A DNA stretch of 63,221 nucleotides, the filler included, from Diploschistes diacapsis (Eukaryota): assembly GCA_023645945.1 (NCBI GenBank). It is 12 parts of 12 records of this genome, joined end to end, with 100 filler letters (N's around TTAATTAATTAA, not from the genome) between each part and the next. Parts side by side here need not be neighbours in the genome. Positions count along the whole stretch, not along the records: positions 49,309 to 50,961 come from JALAIB010002761.1; positions 51,062 to 52,713 come from JALAIB010002762.1; positions 52,814 to 54,465 come from JALAIB010002763.1; positions 54,566 to 56,217 come from JALAIB010002764.1; positions 56,318 to 57,969 come from JALAIB010002765.1; positions 58,070 to 59,720 come from JALAIB010002766.1; positions 59,821 to 61,471 come from JALAIB010002767.1; 5 more parts are not named here. One strand, given 5' to 3'. This document shows positions 49,309 through 61,048 of the stretch, piece by piece. The notes below the pieces were generated by a model. The model ran no database searches. It saw only the letters and a list, made by a program, of their open reading frames with translations, and was not told the origin of the DNA. Made by a program: the position numbers and the translations under genes. Each line of letters opens with the position of its first letter. Positions within the stretch are counted from its first letter, which is position 1.

Positions 49309-49839
49309 GAATTTATAAGACCATCTCTATTTATTATTAAATTATTAAGAAATAATATTGATTTTTTAAATTTAATAAAACACGCGAGGATTAACGACAA
49401 ATCAAAACATATCGATATTATTTATTATTATATACGGGACCTAGTTAAACGAGGCCGTATTAATATTATCTATATATTTATAAACAAGATGATTGCCGAC
49501 GGATTAACGAAACTACTAAATTACGTCAAACACGACATATTCATTAAAAGACTTGAACTAATATAGAAAGCATTTAGCTGAACTAGGTGAACATGCCGAT
49601 GGTTCCGCCCGTAAAGGAGTGTTAAGCAGGTAGGTAGAATGCATGACTGGGAAGTTTAGTTGAACCTTAGGTTCAGGTTCAGTTTAGTTGAACTTATTGG
49701 GGTTCCTGTTAATTCTAATCGGGAGTAGTGCAAGTTTATAGGGCTTAGTGGATCCTATTGGTATAAGAGCTTGCATGTAGATTCTTCCTTCTAGTTAGAC
49801 CTCTAGATATCTAGACTTCAATACATGCGTTGCCCAAAA
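49309..49839 (+). mobile_element. Ty1/copia 3' end: RNase H + PPT + LTR family B (49620-49839)
   Basis: KSKHIDIIYYYIRDLV...MIADGLTK (copia RNase H end), purine tract AAAGGAG, then TGTTAAGC... LTR. Confidence 0.88.
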
Positions 49840-50638
49840 GTAACTAAATATTATTGTCGCCTCGCCGGCGAAAAAGGAGTAAGCCGCGCTATAGAAGCAA
49901 GCGAAAATTAGAATTATCAATCTGTTTTAGGGGCTTAAGGAACCTTATTCTAAAATAACAATTTTGGGGAGTCTTAGTTTAAAAAAGCAAGTTTAGATGA
50001 ATAGCGACTTAATAATGATGCTATATCCTGTCATTAAGACTGTTGATTATAAATAATTCGTCTCACGTTTAATTATTTAGGAAGTAATGATAAACGAAAC
50101 GGTATATGAATTACCGTCGAAAAGATTGCGAGATATAATTATTACTTTAGAATAACTAAAGGATAAATTTATTAAAGAAAAACAAAGTTTTTTAAAACAA
50201 GCGTCCCGACGACGGAACGTCGGTGATACGTTATAAAAACTCGATAAGAAAAATTTATTGCGATATAAAGATAAAATCTATATCTCGATAAAGAAATTTA
50301 TACGAATAAAACTCTTATATATTTATTATAATAATAAATTAATAAAATATTTCAGTATGGAACGGACCTTAAAGCTATTATAAAAGCACTTTTATTAAAA
50401 AGAATAACGTGCCGTTATCGAGCAGTACGTAAATAACTACGATATATACTAAAAGGTTAAGATATATAGGCATAAATCATATAATAATTTAACGTTATTA
50501 CTAGTACCCCAAGGACTTTAATAAGAAATCATAATAGATTTTATTACAAAAGTCCCACCGAGTAAAAACAACGGAGCCGTTATGGACTTAATACTAGTAA
50601 TAATAAATAAATATATTAAAATAATACGATATCTAGTA
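49840..50638 (+). mobile_element. Ty3/gypsy pol (integrase) fragment, RIP-mutated
   Basis: LLRYKDKIY...ERTLKLL*KHFY*...YVNNYDIY*KVK...VPQGL**EIIIDFITKVPPS (eroded HHCC and start of the rve domain). Confidence 0.8.
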
Positions 50639-50961
50639 TAGGCTGGCCGTTGCGTGCCACGGTCACTGACACGGACACTACCGCGAAAATTTTCTCGGCA
50701 CGGACACTTCCACGGACACTGCATTGTAGTAAAAGCACGGACACGGACATTACGGCTAAAGATTTTAAAATACGGACATTTCTATGGATATTATATTATA
50801 GTAAAAGCACGGACACGGATATTACGGTTAAAAATTTTAAAACATGGACATTTTTACGAATATTATATTATAGTAAATTTATTGAAATATTACCGTGAAT
50901 CCATCGAAATACTATAATAAAAAAATAAAAGCGTAAAAAATAAACGTGATAATTCTAAAAT
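50639..50961 (+). mobile_element. hAT-like DNA transposon/MITE terminus with ACACGG subterminal repeats
   Basis: Starts TAGGCTGGCCG, followed by many CACGGACAC units. Confidence 0.7.
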
Positions 50962-51061
50962 NNNNNNNNNNNNNNNNNNNNNNNNNNNNNNNNNNNNNNN
51001 NNNNNTTAATTAATTAANNNNNNNNNNNNNNNNNNNNNNNNNNNNNNNNNNNNNNNNNNNN

Positions 51062-52400
51062 GATAAAGATTGAAAAAGAAGATAATTTTTTTGTAATAAT
51101 GATTTTATACAGCTTGCTTAAAACCCGATATCCACAATTCTGTACCTCTATAATCGAGAAGGCCATCCTTCTTGTTCTTATTATAACTGGTTTCTTTTAT
51201 ATTACTAGTAATGGTAACGTATCAAAGAACGAAGATCCAATATTGTTATGATTACCGGATCTTAGGATCCCTTACTCCGTGTTTATGTCTATAGAATTAG
51301 ACCCGACGCGTTCAGTAATCGTTGGTGAACTTCTGGCCATTGGTAAAGAAAGCTGCCTATCCGTACCTAATACTTGTTCCTCTTTTGTTTTTATTAATAG
51401 GCTGAGGTCGATAAATATAATCGAGTCCGGTACAATAATTAATTTAGCGAGCCGTAAGTCCATGCCAGAATATTCCAGTTTATTTATTATAAATGTAACT
51501 TATTCCGAGGTTAATATAGTGCCTTTATTTAAAGATCCTAAGGTATTTTTAATATATTTAATTATTTTTTTAATATCTGATGCTAATAGCACCCGAGTTT
51601 TATATATTTTGATAAAGGTTCTTTCGAGGCGAGCCGTTATCGCATTAATTAAGAACTTTTGTGCCAATTCCATATTCCCATTTACCAACGTAATTAAGAC
51701 ATTTATTGACTTCATATAGACTTCGAGAGAGCCGTGTACCCCATCTAGGTACGTTGATAGCGCAAGCTTTTCCTTCTATAGTTTACTGGTTCTATCAATG
51801 GCATTGCCGGTTCGCAGTAGCTTGCTTCTGTAGTTTCTGGTAAGCTCCTTCGTAGACTTTCATTCTTCTTTATAGTTTATTTCTGATATCTCGGTTGTAA
51901 TGTATAATTTATCTTTCTCTATCTCGTTTATTAATTATTTAAAATAATTCGTTATTAAATAGATTGTTGTTTCGATTTTAGTTTTAATTTCGTATATTAA
52001 AGAATATCTTTCTTTTAAGGATTGTTCCCTTATATAACTAATAAAACTCTCGATGATATTAAAGTTACTTTTATTCGTTAGTATTATGGGCGTCTGGTAG
52101 TTATTAGGTTAAATAAGGCTTCTTGATAGAGCCAAGGCTTGAAGGGTAAATAAGTTCTGGGCGGTGGTAGGTATTTTAGTAGGTGTGAAAGGTGTGGTTC
52201 CGGCCATTGTGAAGGTGGTTGGTATCTTTTGTTAACAGGATTTCAAGTAAGTAACCAGCAGGTTTTTAAGGTAAAACCTAGTAGGATTCAAGGCAGGTAG
52301 ACAGGTAAGCAGGTAAAGCAAGCAAGCAAGATTTTAAGGCAAGTAAGCAAAAATTTAAAGCACTATAAGATTCTTAAAGCATGTTTAGTAATGTTTTAAA
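51062..52400 (-). mobile_element. RIP-mutated long ORF remnant of an unidentified repeat
   Basis: ATG at 52207; one frame readable for ~370 codons with scattered TAA/TAG/TGA. Short GCAAG/GTAAG repeats upstream. Confidence 0.5.
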
Positions 52401-52813
52401 TTAAAAGTAAGTAAAATTATAAAATGTTCGACGCGGAAATGAAAACGAATATTATAAAGAAAATTTTTTTAATTCTTTTTTTTAATTTTATAAAGGGTTT
52501 ATTAAGAGTTTAATTAGACCCTTTTTTCTTTTATAGCACTAAAAGGACCTATTTTCTAAATTATTACTACGAAATCCCTTTTCGCAGGTATGAACTTTCT
52601 TAAAGGATTAGAAAGAATTTTATTATTTAGATCCTGATCGGTGATTTTTTTTAATATTTTTTCTATATCAGAATCCGTTATTACCATATTTTTTTTAGGA
52701 TTAATAATAAAGGNNNNNNNNNNNNNNNNNNNNNNNNNNNNNNNNNNNNNNNNNNNNTTAATTAATTAANNNNNNNNNNNNNNNNNNNNNNNNNNNNNNN
52801 NNNNNNNNNNNNN

Positions 52814-54077
52814 AAATAATGAAAACGAATACGAAATCGAGAAAATTCTGGATAATAATTTTAAAGAATTTTTTATTAAATAAAAAGGATATCCGTCGGA
52901 TCAGAATACGTAAGAACCGTTGTTAAACCTAAATAACTACCGAAATAAGATTAAAAAAATATTACAATATTATTAAGAATTAATTTAACGGGATAGAAGC
53001 TTTATCCTTTAAAATCCAGTTAGATTAATTAGACGACATTACCGCTAATTTTAATAAATCTAGATTAAATTCCGTTGACAATCCTTTTTAAATATTGATA
53101 TATGCCTCGGACGAGTTTAAGTTTAGTTTTTCCGTCAAATAACGCGCTTATACGTCGATACGTTTTTTTGTTAATTTAAGAACCTTTCGGTTCCGACGAA
53201 TGTAACGTTTGCGTTAAAGACGATGATCTTTAATTTCACGAAATTACTTTTTTAATTCTTTTTTTTGTTCATTATCCTCGTTAATAAGCTTCTTATCCTT
53301 TTCGATCTCGTTTCTTTTCGAAAGGATGATTCGTTCAATTACTTCCTAAATAATAGAAATGCAATCCTTTTTATTAGACTTAACATAACGAGCGCATTTA
53401 ACGGAAAGAGATAACATCCTACTATAATCGTAAAAGAATAAATAGTAATTATAAAATAATATGTCTTAAAAATGTCGAAGACGAATGATAGAATCTAAAT
53501 ATTTCTTTAATTTCGAAGATAAAGAAGATATCGCTGTTTCACGATTTGGGATTTTCTTTAATATAATACTTATATTTATCTTTCGGTGCTTGTCGGGCCG
53601 ACAAAGTTAAAGGAAAGGGATAGTATTACGATCTAAGTGACTAATAATAGTTATTTAGTATTTTATAGTTGATCGGGTTTAATCTAATTATTCTTTATAT
53701 ATAGTTTAATTATGGTGATATTAGTTACGTGATAAGTAAAAAGTTTTAAAAGTTATTTTATTTTTTATAAATAGAACGGAAGAACGGTAATTCTATTTAT
53801 CTATTGATTTACTTTATTAAGGAGTAATTAGTTATATAAAAACGTCGTTATAGTTTTTATAAATTTTGATATGTTTACTTTTATAAATATTCTTAGCGAT
53901 TGTTCGGGATTAATTTATATTCGTTATTTTTTATTAATAGATAATAATCTTTTTAGAGATCAAAATAGATTTATTACCGATCTACTTCTTCTTTTGCTTG
54001 TACTCCTTTTCTAATAGAGACCAAACCTATCTTGATTAATACCTCGTGTCTACATTGTAGAGATAGAGATCATAACA
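52814..54077 (+). mobile_element. Ty3/gypsy chromovirus 3' end: chromodomain, spacer, PPT, 3' LTR family A (53624-54077)
   Basis: ENEYEIEKILD...FFIK*KGYPSDQNT*EPLLNL (chromodomain). PPT AAAGGAAAGGGATAG at 53609-53623. LTR TATTACGATC...GATCATAACA. Confidence 0.92.
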
Positions 54078-55017
54078 GTTCCTTCCTGATGGGATTGTCT
54101 AGAAATAAGTGGATCTACTGTTCAGCGTCCCGCTTAAATTTGCCCTCTTAAATGCGTTGGATGTCTACGGCAACGCGAGTAAACTAACGCGTTATCGATA
54201 TTTAATATTAAGAAATAAATTTCTTTTATTATATTATAAATGTTGATATTACGCGTAATATTAGATCCTTCTCGACGTTATGATAGACGTCGCCGCGTTT
54301 TATATCGCGGGTAATTTTTTTCCGTCTTTCTCAATTTATTTAATTAAGTTCTTTAAGTTTTTAATATATTTCTTATTCTTTTAAAAACTTCGTTGACCTT
54401 TTTATAAATTAACGTAAATAAATAAATAAAAATGGGATCAATATCTTTATCGTCGTATATAATTANNNNNNNNNNNNNNNNNNNNNNNNNNNNNNNNNNN
54501 NNNNNNNNNTTAATTAATTAANNNNNNNNNNNNNNNNNNNNNNNNNNNNNNNNNNNNNNNNNNNNTAAACCTTTAATAGAAAAAATCTTTTATTATACCT
54601 TTAATAAATCAAATCTAAAATAAAAATATAATATAATACATGTTAATTTAATTTCAAACGGATCGATCCTGAACCGATACCAAACATACGGGTATGCTTA
54701 GCACACGGGTCAGCACTCCATGTATTTATCATACATTAACTTTCTTCTCGCTACAAATCACCGTCCTTTCAACCTGAGAAGGTAATCAAGCCCCCGAAAA
54801 TGAATTGAAGGCTAGCAAATATCAATACGCATATGCCTGTAAGTAAGCTCAAGAATTATCCACTGTTAGAAACGTTGAATGTTGCCACTAGATATGGCAA
54901 GCCAAAAGGCTTTGCACGATCCTAACAATCTTGCTAGTAAATTGCTTATTTTATCTTTTCTGCAATGCACAAAAGATTCCACAGTGCTTCGGACTGAGTT
55001 ACATCTGCTACACATTA

Positions 55018-55673
55018 TCATTTATTCTCCTCATTCTTTGCTTTCGCCCCCCTTGGCTTCTTCTCTCGATCCTCTTTCACGGGCTGAGAAGCTCTCCTCA
55101 CCGCACTGGCTCTTGCCACTGCCTCACGACGGAGATCTGGCCGGTAACCCTGCTTAGCTGTAGATCCTACGATACTCTTATACAGCCTCGTAGTATTTGT
55201 GAGCATAAGCCGCGTCTAGGAAATCAGCATGACCTACTTTGGTCCAGATTTTTTGCCATTATGCGCAACTTGTTGATGGTTTTGCGTCGGCCTTTGGTGA
55301 TGGTTGGTCTTTTTGATCACGGCGATCGAACCTTTTTCGCCCGGCTGAATGCCAATGGCCTTGGGAGAGGACTAAGTTGTTGCCTCATATATGCAGTAAT
55401 TGATGCTCACTTGGGTATTCACAAAACCGGCGTGCTGCAGCTTGTTAACGTTTGTAAAACTATAGCCGTTCGGCTCATCGCACCTTTCGAGAATGCTTAT
55501 TGATCAAGTTTAGGGGGTCTCTAGAAAACTGGACACCACCTCCACTCCGCCTTTTGACTAGGAAAGCATTGCTGTCCCCTTCAGAAACTTAGCAAAGGCC
55601 ATGAAAGTTGAAAGCCAGACTGACGCGCTATTTCCCAGATTAAATCTGGAGAGGCATTCATTGTGTCGGCCAT
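55018..55673 (-). CDS. rpl28: 60S ribosomal protein L28e (eL28), 5 exons
   Basis: MADTMNASPDLIWEIAR|DSNAFLVKRRSGGGVQFSRDPLNLINKHSRK|HAGFVNTQ|AIGIQPGEKG...SGPK|LYKSIVGSTAKQGYRPDLRREAVARASAVRRASQPVK...*. Confidence 0.93.
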
Positions 55674-56317
55674 AACTGCTCATAAATCTCTAAGCCTTGC
55701 GCAATAATTTTCAACTTTGTGCGTGGTTTTCGGCGGAAAACGTTTAAACGGAATTAAGTACTTTCATGTAAGGCGCTTTCTCGGTTAAAAGTTGACCTGT
55801 ATAAGCTTTGTGGGGCCAACAATTAATTCCTAAGCGAAGCGCAGGACTTTGCAGATTAGTGTTTATAGTGGGGTCCCAAAAAGTAATTGGGTATGAAAAC
55901 AACAAAACACGACCCACCAACTTTATCAAGCCATTGCGCGCTCAATAAAGCTTCAATGAATGCGCAAATCAGATCATTTTAAAGCTCTTAAATAGTAAAT
56001 AATATTAATATTTAAACTGCCATCTTTGCGCGTCTATATAAGCCTATATACGCTTCGACATAGAATGAATTAATATAACAGGTGATTCCTATTTCATATT
56101 CCTTAAAAACATCCTAAAAACTTCTCGAATTGTTGCTTTTAAACCATTTTTTTTCCGGGTTTCCGCGCATTATTTTAAACTTTAAATAAAACTTAAAAGT
56201 TATTTCTTTAAAAATAANNNNNNNNNNNNNNNNNNNNNNNNNNNNNNNNNNNNNNNNNNNNTTAATTAATTAANNNNNNNNNNNNNNNNNNNNNNNNNNN
56301 NNNNNNNNNNNNNNNNN

Positions 56318-56849
56318 CGATTATATCGTCGTTCCGTTAGTCTATTCGAGATCAAAAAAAACTAAAGAATCGGAATTAAAATCTCATATTTAATAAGATG
56401 TATTAAGAAGTTTTATCGGGTATTACGTTAATAAATTATAAAATTTAGGTTAAACGTAAGTTACTATAAATGAAATTCATATACTTAATTCTTACGATCA
56501 ATTCTCACGCTATTAAAATAATATACGTATATTAAAATGATATCAGTAAATGCACGAATATTTCAGTGCAGTATCCCGTGTCCGTGTTTTCATTATATTG
56601 TAATATCCCGTGTCCGTGCTTTCACTACATTGCAGTATCCGTGTCAATACTTTTACTACATTGTAGTATCCGTGTCAGTGTCCGTGTTTTAAAAATTTTA
56701 GCTGCAGTATCCGTGTCAATGCTTTCAATACATTATAGTGTCCGTCTCAGTGTCCGTGTTTTAAAAATCTTAACTACAGTGTCCGTGTCCGTACATTCAC
56801 TACAGAGTAGTGTCCGTGTCAGTGTCCGTGGCACGAAACGGCCAGCCTA
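56318..56849 (-). mobile_element. hAT-like element terminus with GTGTCCGTGT subterminal repeats
   Basis: Ends CGGCCAGCCTA, the reverse complement of TAGGCTGGCCG. Repeats span ~56560-56830. Confidence 0.7.
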
Positions 56850-57147
56850 ATTATAATAATGTTATTTTATTCTGAATTTTCGGGTAATTCGGTTAGGAAA
56901 TTTATCGAAACATCTGTTCACGGTTTATCCAGGATGGATAACGGTTTTTAAAGCTTTTAAAAAGTTTAGATCGTTGGTTTTGCTCGATAATAATTATAGT
57001 AATATTTAATAAATCGGGCGATGATAGCTTTCATTCAAGGAAATAATAAATTCTTTTTAATTATTTAGAAAATCTTATTAATTTTCGCGTGTCTTATCTT
57101 TTTATCGTAATAAAATAATTAAATAACGTAAATAATTTAATTATTCG
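56850..57147 (-). mobile_element. Ty3/gypsy integrase fragment
   Basis: FP*MKAIIARFIKYYYNYYRAKP...KPLSILDKP*TDVSINFLTELP. Confidence 0.7.
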
Positions 57148-57869
57148 TGTTGAGCAGACAGGCAGAAGGCATGGCTGGGAGTACAACTGAGTTCTAGAAG
57201 GAGGTTCAGTTCAGCTGAACCTTCTGAGATTCCAACTAAACCGAATAAGGAATAGTGTAGATAATAGGGCTTAACGTATCTCATAAAGATAAAAGTCTGT
57301 AAAATAGAATAATCTCCTAAATAAGATTTCTAGACTTTAATATATCCATTACGTTGCTAAACAGGTTATGAGCCCGGATTAGCACCTGTTTTACTACGCT
57401 TAATCGTTTATTGAAACTATGTTTCCCGGTAATTGTTACGATTAAGAACGCGGGTACCGATTACGTTACTTAACGTAGGTTAAATCGAAAAAATCTAAAA
57501 GCTTAGGATCTAAATTATAAAACCCTAGGATGGGCTGATTTAAAGATAGAAGTTATATTACTTTAAAAGAACGCGGGATCTTAATACGCTGGCCTAGGGT
57601 AGGTCTAAATAAGAAATAATTGGATCTAAATATCATCTATATAGGCCAACGAAAAATAACCTTCTTCTCTTTCTCGCTAATAATCGAAGTTTAGCTAAAC
57701 TTTATTAAACCTTTCGATTACCTTCATTTCTATTACAGAAGATTATCTTCTATATCATTTATCAATCATTTATTAATTACGAGTTATTCATTTAACAAAT
57801 CTTCTTTGTTTACGAAAATAGTAACAAGATAAATGATATCTTATTTAAGAAACGGGTTGCCCCTATTCT
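57148..57869 (+). mobile_element. Ty1/copia 5' end: LTR family B (57148-57363), PBS, leader and gag start
   Basis: TGTTGAGC...CTAAACA, then GGTTATGAGCCC (57364-57375). Gag KKRVAPIL is cut by a family A LTR. Confidence 0.85.
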
Positions 57870-57969
57870 TGTTACGATCCAGGGTACCAAGGGGTCACCT
57901 GGCACGTCGCAGCTAGTCGGGCACTTCCCAACCATTCCTTGTATATAGCCAACCACGGACGCTAGGTCA
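57870..57969 (+). mobile_element. LTR family A variant, 5' part, nested in copia gag
   Basis: TGTTACGATCC...CAGCTAGTCGGG...CCTTGTATATAG. Confidence 0.85.
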
Positions 57970-58069
57970 NNNNNNNNNNNNNNNNNNNNNNNNNNNNNNN
58001 NNNNNNNNNNNNNTTAATTAATTAANNNNNNNNNNNNNNNNNNNNNNNNNNNNNNNNNNNNNNNNNNNN

Positions 58070-58604
58070 CTTTAATAGAAAGCTTACACCTTCCTGCTCT
58101 ATTTATTAACGATTTATCAACTACGATTTATTTATTATACCAATCTTCTTTATTTACGAAAACTGTAATTATGAAAGATATCATAAACAAGAAAAAAATA
58201 GCTCCAGTACTGAATAAGGAAAATTATAAGGAATGGTTTATATTAATTAAGAATTATTTTTAAAGCGAAGGAGCAGACGACGTGTTATTATACGAAATAT
58301 TGCTTAGTTATGACATCGATATTTTAGTATCGAGTAATTAATTCAGTTTAATACTTGAATTTTTATGTATTAAGGATCAATGGCGAAAATATTAGGCCAA
58401 AACTAATTATTAAATATATTTTTATATAAACGACGTCGATCACGAACGTATCGAAGATCTTAATATTTCTTACGTCAAATAAACATCTCTTAAGGTTAAG
58501 TACGAAAAGATTATTAAAAGCGAATGCCGATAATTACGACTCGAGTTTATCACGTATAAACTTTCGGATGATTAATTAATCATAAATATTTAAATTTATC
58601 TAAT
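58070..58604 (+). mobile_element. Ty1/copia gag fragment
   Basis: KKIAPVLNKENYKEWF...; homologous to 57720-57869. Confidence 0.7.
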
Positions 58605-59594
58605 TGAGACAGCCCAGCCCAGGGGCCTGCCAAGCTGGGCTTGCCAAGCCACGGCAGGGTTAGTGCCCAGGGGCTTGCCAAGCCACGGCAGGGTTAATGC
58701 CCAGGTGCTTGCCAAGCCACGGCAGGGTCAGGGGGTGGCTGTATAGATGGGTAGTCCCCGACCCCCGGTAGGCCTGGCACCCACACTACTTAACGGTGCC
58801 CTTCTTTTATTTAGATAGTTTTTTCTTCAGCTTTTCGAATCGAGATCTTTTATCTGTAGATGCTTAAGTTATATCTAATCCTTCCGGATCAGGCCCAGCC
58901 CTTAATAAAATAATTTTTTTTTTTACGCTAGCGTTTTATATTCGAAAAGCTTACTTTACCTTCGTATTCGTGACGAGAGTTTAAAACGTTAACCGAACTA
59001 AATATTCGAGTAAGTTTAGGATAACCGAAATTCGAAAGTACTACCCGCCGATTTATTATAAACAATGGCCCCCGCTAGTAGAAAGAATTAAAAGAGAAGG
59101 AGAAAATTTATAATACCTCCGATTTTTAAAGAATCAACCGAGATCCCAACGGTTGAAAAATACGATTTAAGAAACGAATCGATAATTAAGAAATAATTTA
59201 TAAGGTATCCCGCGTTACGGTAGTTATTTATGTTAAGGACTTTTAAGGGATTCAATCTCAGCGAAGAATTAATACGGGGAGGATCTTAGAATGGTTCCCG
59301 CGACGAACTTAAGCGATGAATGTCTTCGTTTAAAGATTCGATGAAAGAATAGGTTAATTAGGATAACGTTATTAAGAACGTGATGGATCTATAGTTATAA
59401 GAATAAATAAAAAAGATCTATTAACGAATTAAAGATGAATTAACGAAATTAATAAAATTAGTATATATTTACGTAGTAATCGTCGAAAAAACGAATTAAT
59501 AAAACGATCGAAAGATTTAACGATTTTAATAGTAATTCGAGAAAGATTTAGTTAAAAGAAACGAGCTAAAATAATTGTTGAATAGGGAATAAAT
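58605..59594 (+). mobile_element. Probable third LTR element 5' end (GC-rich, 34-bp tandem repeats) followed by gag-like remnant
   Basis: Abrupt TGAGACAG start. CTTGCCAAGCCACGGCAGGGTTARTGCCCAGG.G x~2.7 at 58640-58735. Eroded ORF from ATG at ~59066. Confidence 0.5.
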
Positions 59595-59720
59595 TAGGCT
59601 GGCCGTCACTGACACTGACACGGCCGTGTTAATAACACGGACACTGACAGTATCAGTGTCCGTATTTTAAATTTTTTAGCTACAATATCCGTGTCCGTAG
59701 ATTCACGGAAATATAATGTC
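59595..59720 (+). mobile_element. hAT-like element terminus (third copy)
   Basis: TAGGCTGGCCGTCACTGACACTGACACGG... Confidence 0.7.
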
Positions 59721-59820
59721 NNNNNNNNNNNNNNNNNNNNNNNNNNNNNNNNNNNNNNNNNNNNTTAATTAATTAANNNNNNNNNNNNNNNNNNNNNNNN
59801 NNNNNNNNNNNNNNNNNNNN

Positions 59821-60377
59821 TAATGATTGTCGAGGAAGAGGGTTTTCGGGTGTTAATTAAGTAAATCTGAATTTAGGTTTTGAACTTTAATTTAGTTTAG
59901 TTAATTTAGTTTTTTTAGAGTAGCGTAGTCGGTGCCCGCGTTTTATTGATAAGTAGTTTAACTTCTATTTTGGATCTAACCATTTTAAAGTATTATGATC
60001 CAGATCTTAGGCTTTTAAGATTTCTTCAATTTAATTTATCATAGGTAACGTAATTGGATCCCGTAGTCGTAACGATAATATCTACCCGGAAATATTACTT
60101 TCAATATATAAACGCGACGGGATAATAAATTAACCCGGGTTTATAACCTTTTAAACAACGTATGTATTAAAGTCTAGATATCTAGAAATCTAATAATCTA
60201 GTTAGAAGGAAGAGTCTATATACAAGCTTTTTATACTAATGGGATCCACTAAGCCTTATAGACTTGCACTACTCCCGATTAGGATTAGTAGGAACCCCAG
60301 TAGGTTCAGCTGAACTGAACCTGAACCTGAGGTTCAGCTGAACTTCCCAGCCATGCATTCTGCCTGTCTGCTCAACA
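59821..60377 (-). mobile_element. Ty1/copia 5' end: LTR family B (60149-60377) plus RIP-mutated PBS and leader
   Basis: TGTTGAGCAGACAGG... LTR, then GGTTATAAACCC. Confidence 0.85.
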
Positions 60378-60591
60378 ACTTTCATAATAGATTCTTTATA
60401 CGATTTATTTTCGTTAGATTCATCGTCACTTCCGAGATCGTCGCCTCTAGCTTCCGTTATGTCCGCCATCGGGATATCGGTTTCATTTAATAACGTTATT
60501 ACCCTAAATATTCGAAATAATACGGATCTAACTATCGATAACGATCGCCCGGTTATGCTATTTAAGACATTTATTCTTAAGGATATTCAAA

Positions 60592-61048
60592 TATTATGAT
60601 TTTTATTTCTATAAAATAGACACGAGGTATTAATTAAAATAGGTTTGGTCTCGTTTAGAAGAAGAGTGCAAATAGGAAAAAAAGATAAAGCAGTTATAAA
60701 TCTTAGACTATTTTTAGAAAAAAGGCTTTTTAATAATAGAAATAACGAATATAAATTAATCCCGAGTAATGATTAGGGATGTCTATAAAAGTAAATACGT
60801 CCTAAACTTATAGAAATTATAGCGACGTTCTTATATAACCAACAACTTCCTTAGTAAAATAAATAAATAAATAAATAGAATTATTATTCTTCCTTTCTAT
60901 TTACGACTGGATAGAATAGTCTTTTAAACCTTTTACTCGTCACGTGACCCCGGTCACCCTAATTGGACTATATATAAGGAGTGGTTGGGAAGTACCCGAC
61001 TAGCTGTTGCGTGCCAAGTACTACCGCCTAGTACCTTGGATCGTAACA
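60592..61048 (-). mobile_element. LTR family A variant, full length
   Basis: TGTTACGATCC...ATCATAATA; shares its 5' portion with the 57870 variant. Confidence 0.9.

Noticed and set aside
56560..56849. GTGTCCGTGT arrays as CRISPR or telomeric repeats
   Set aside because: Eukaryotic DNA, irregular units, no unique spacers and no TTAGGG. They lie beside a shared terminus, which fits transposon subterminal repeats.
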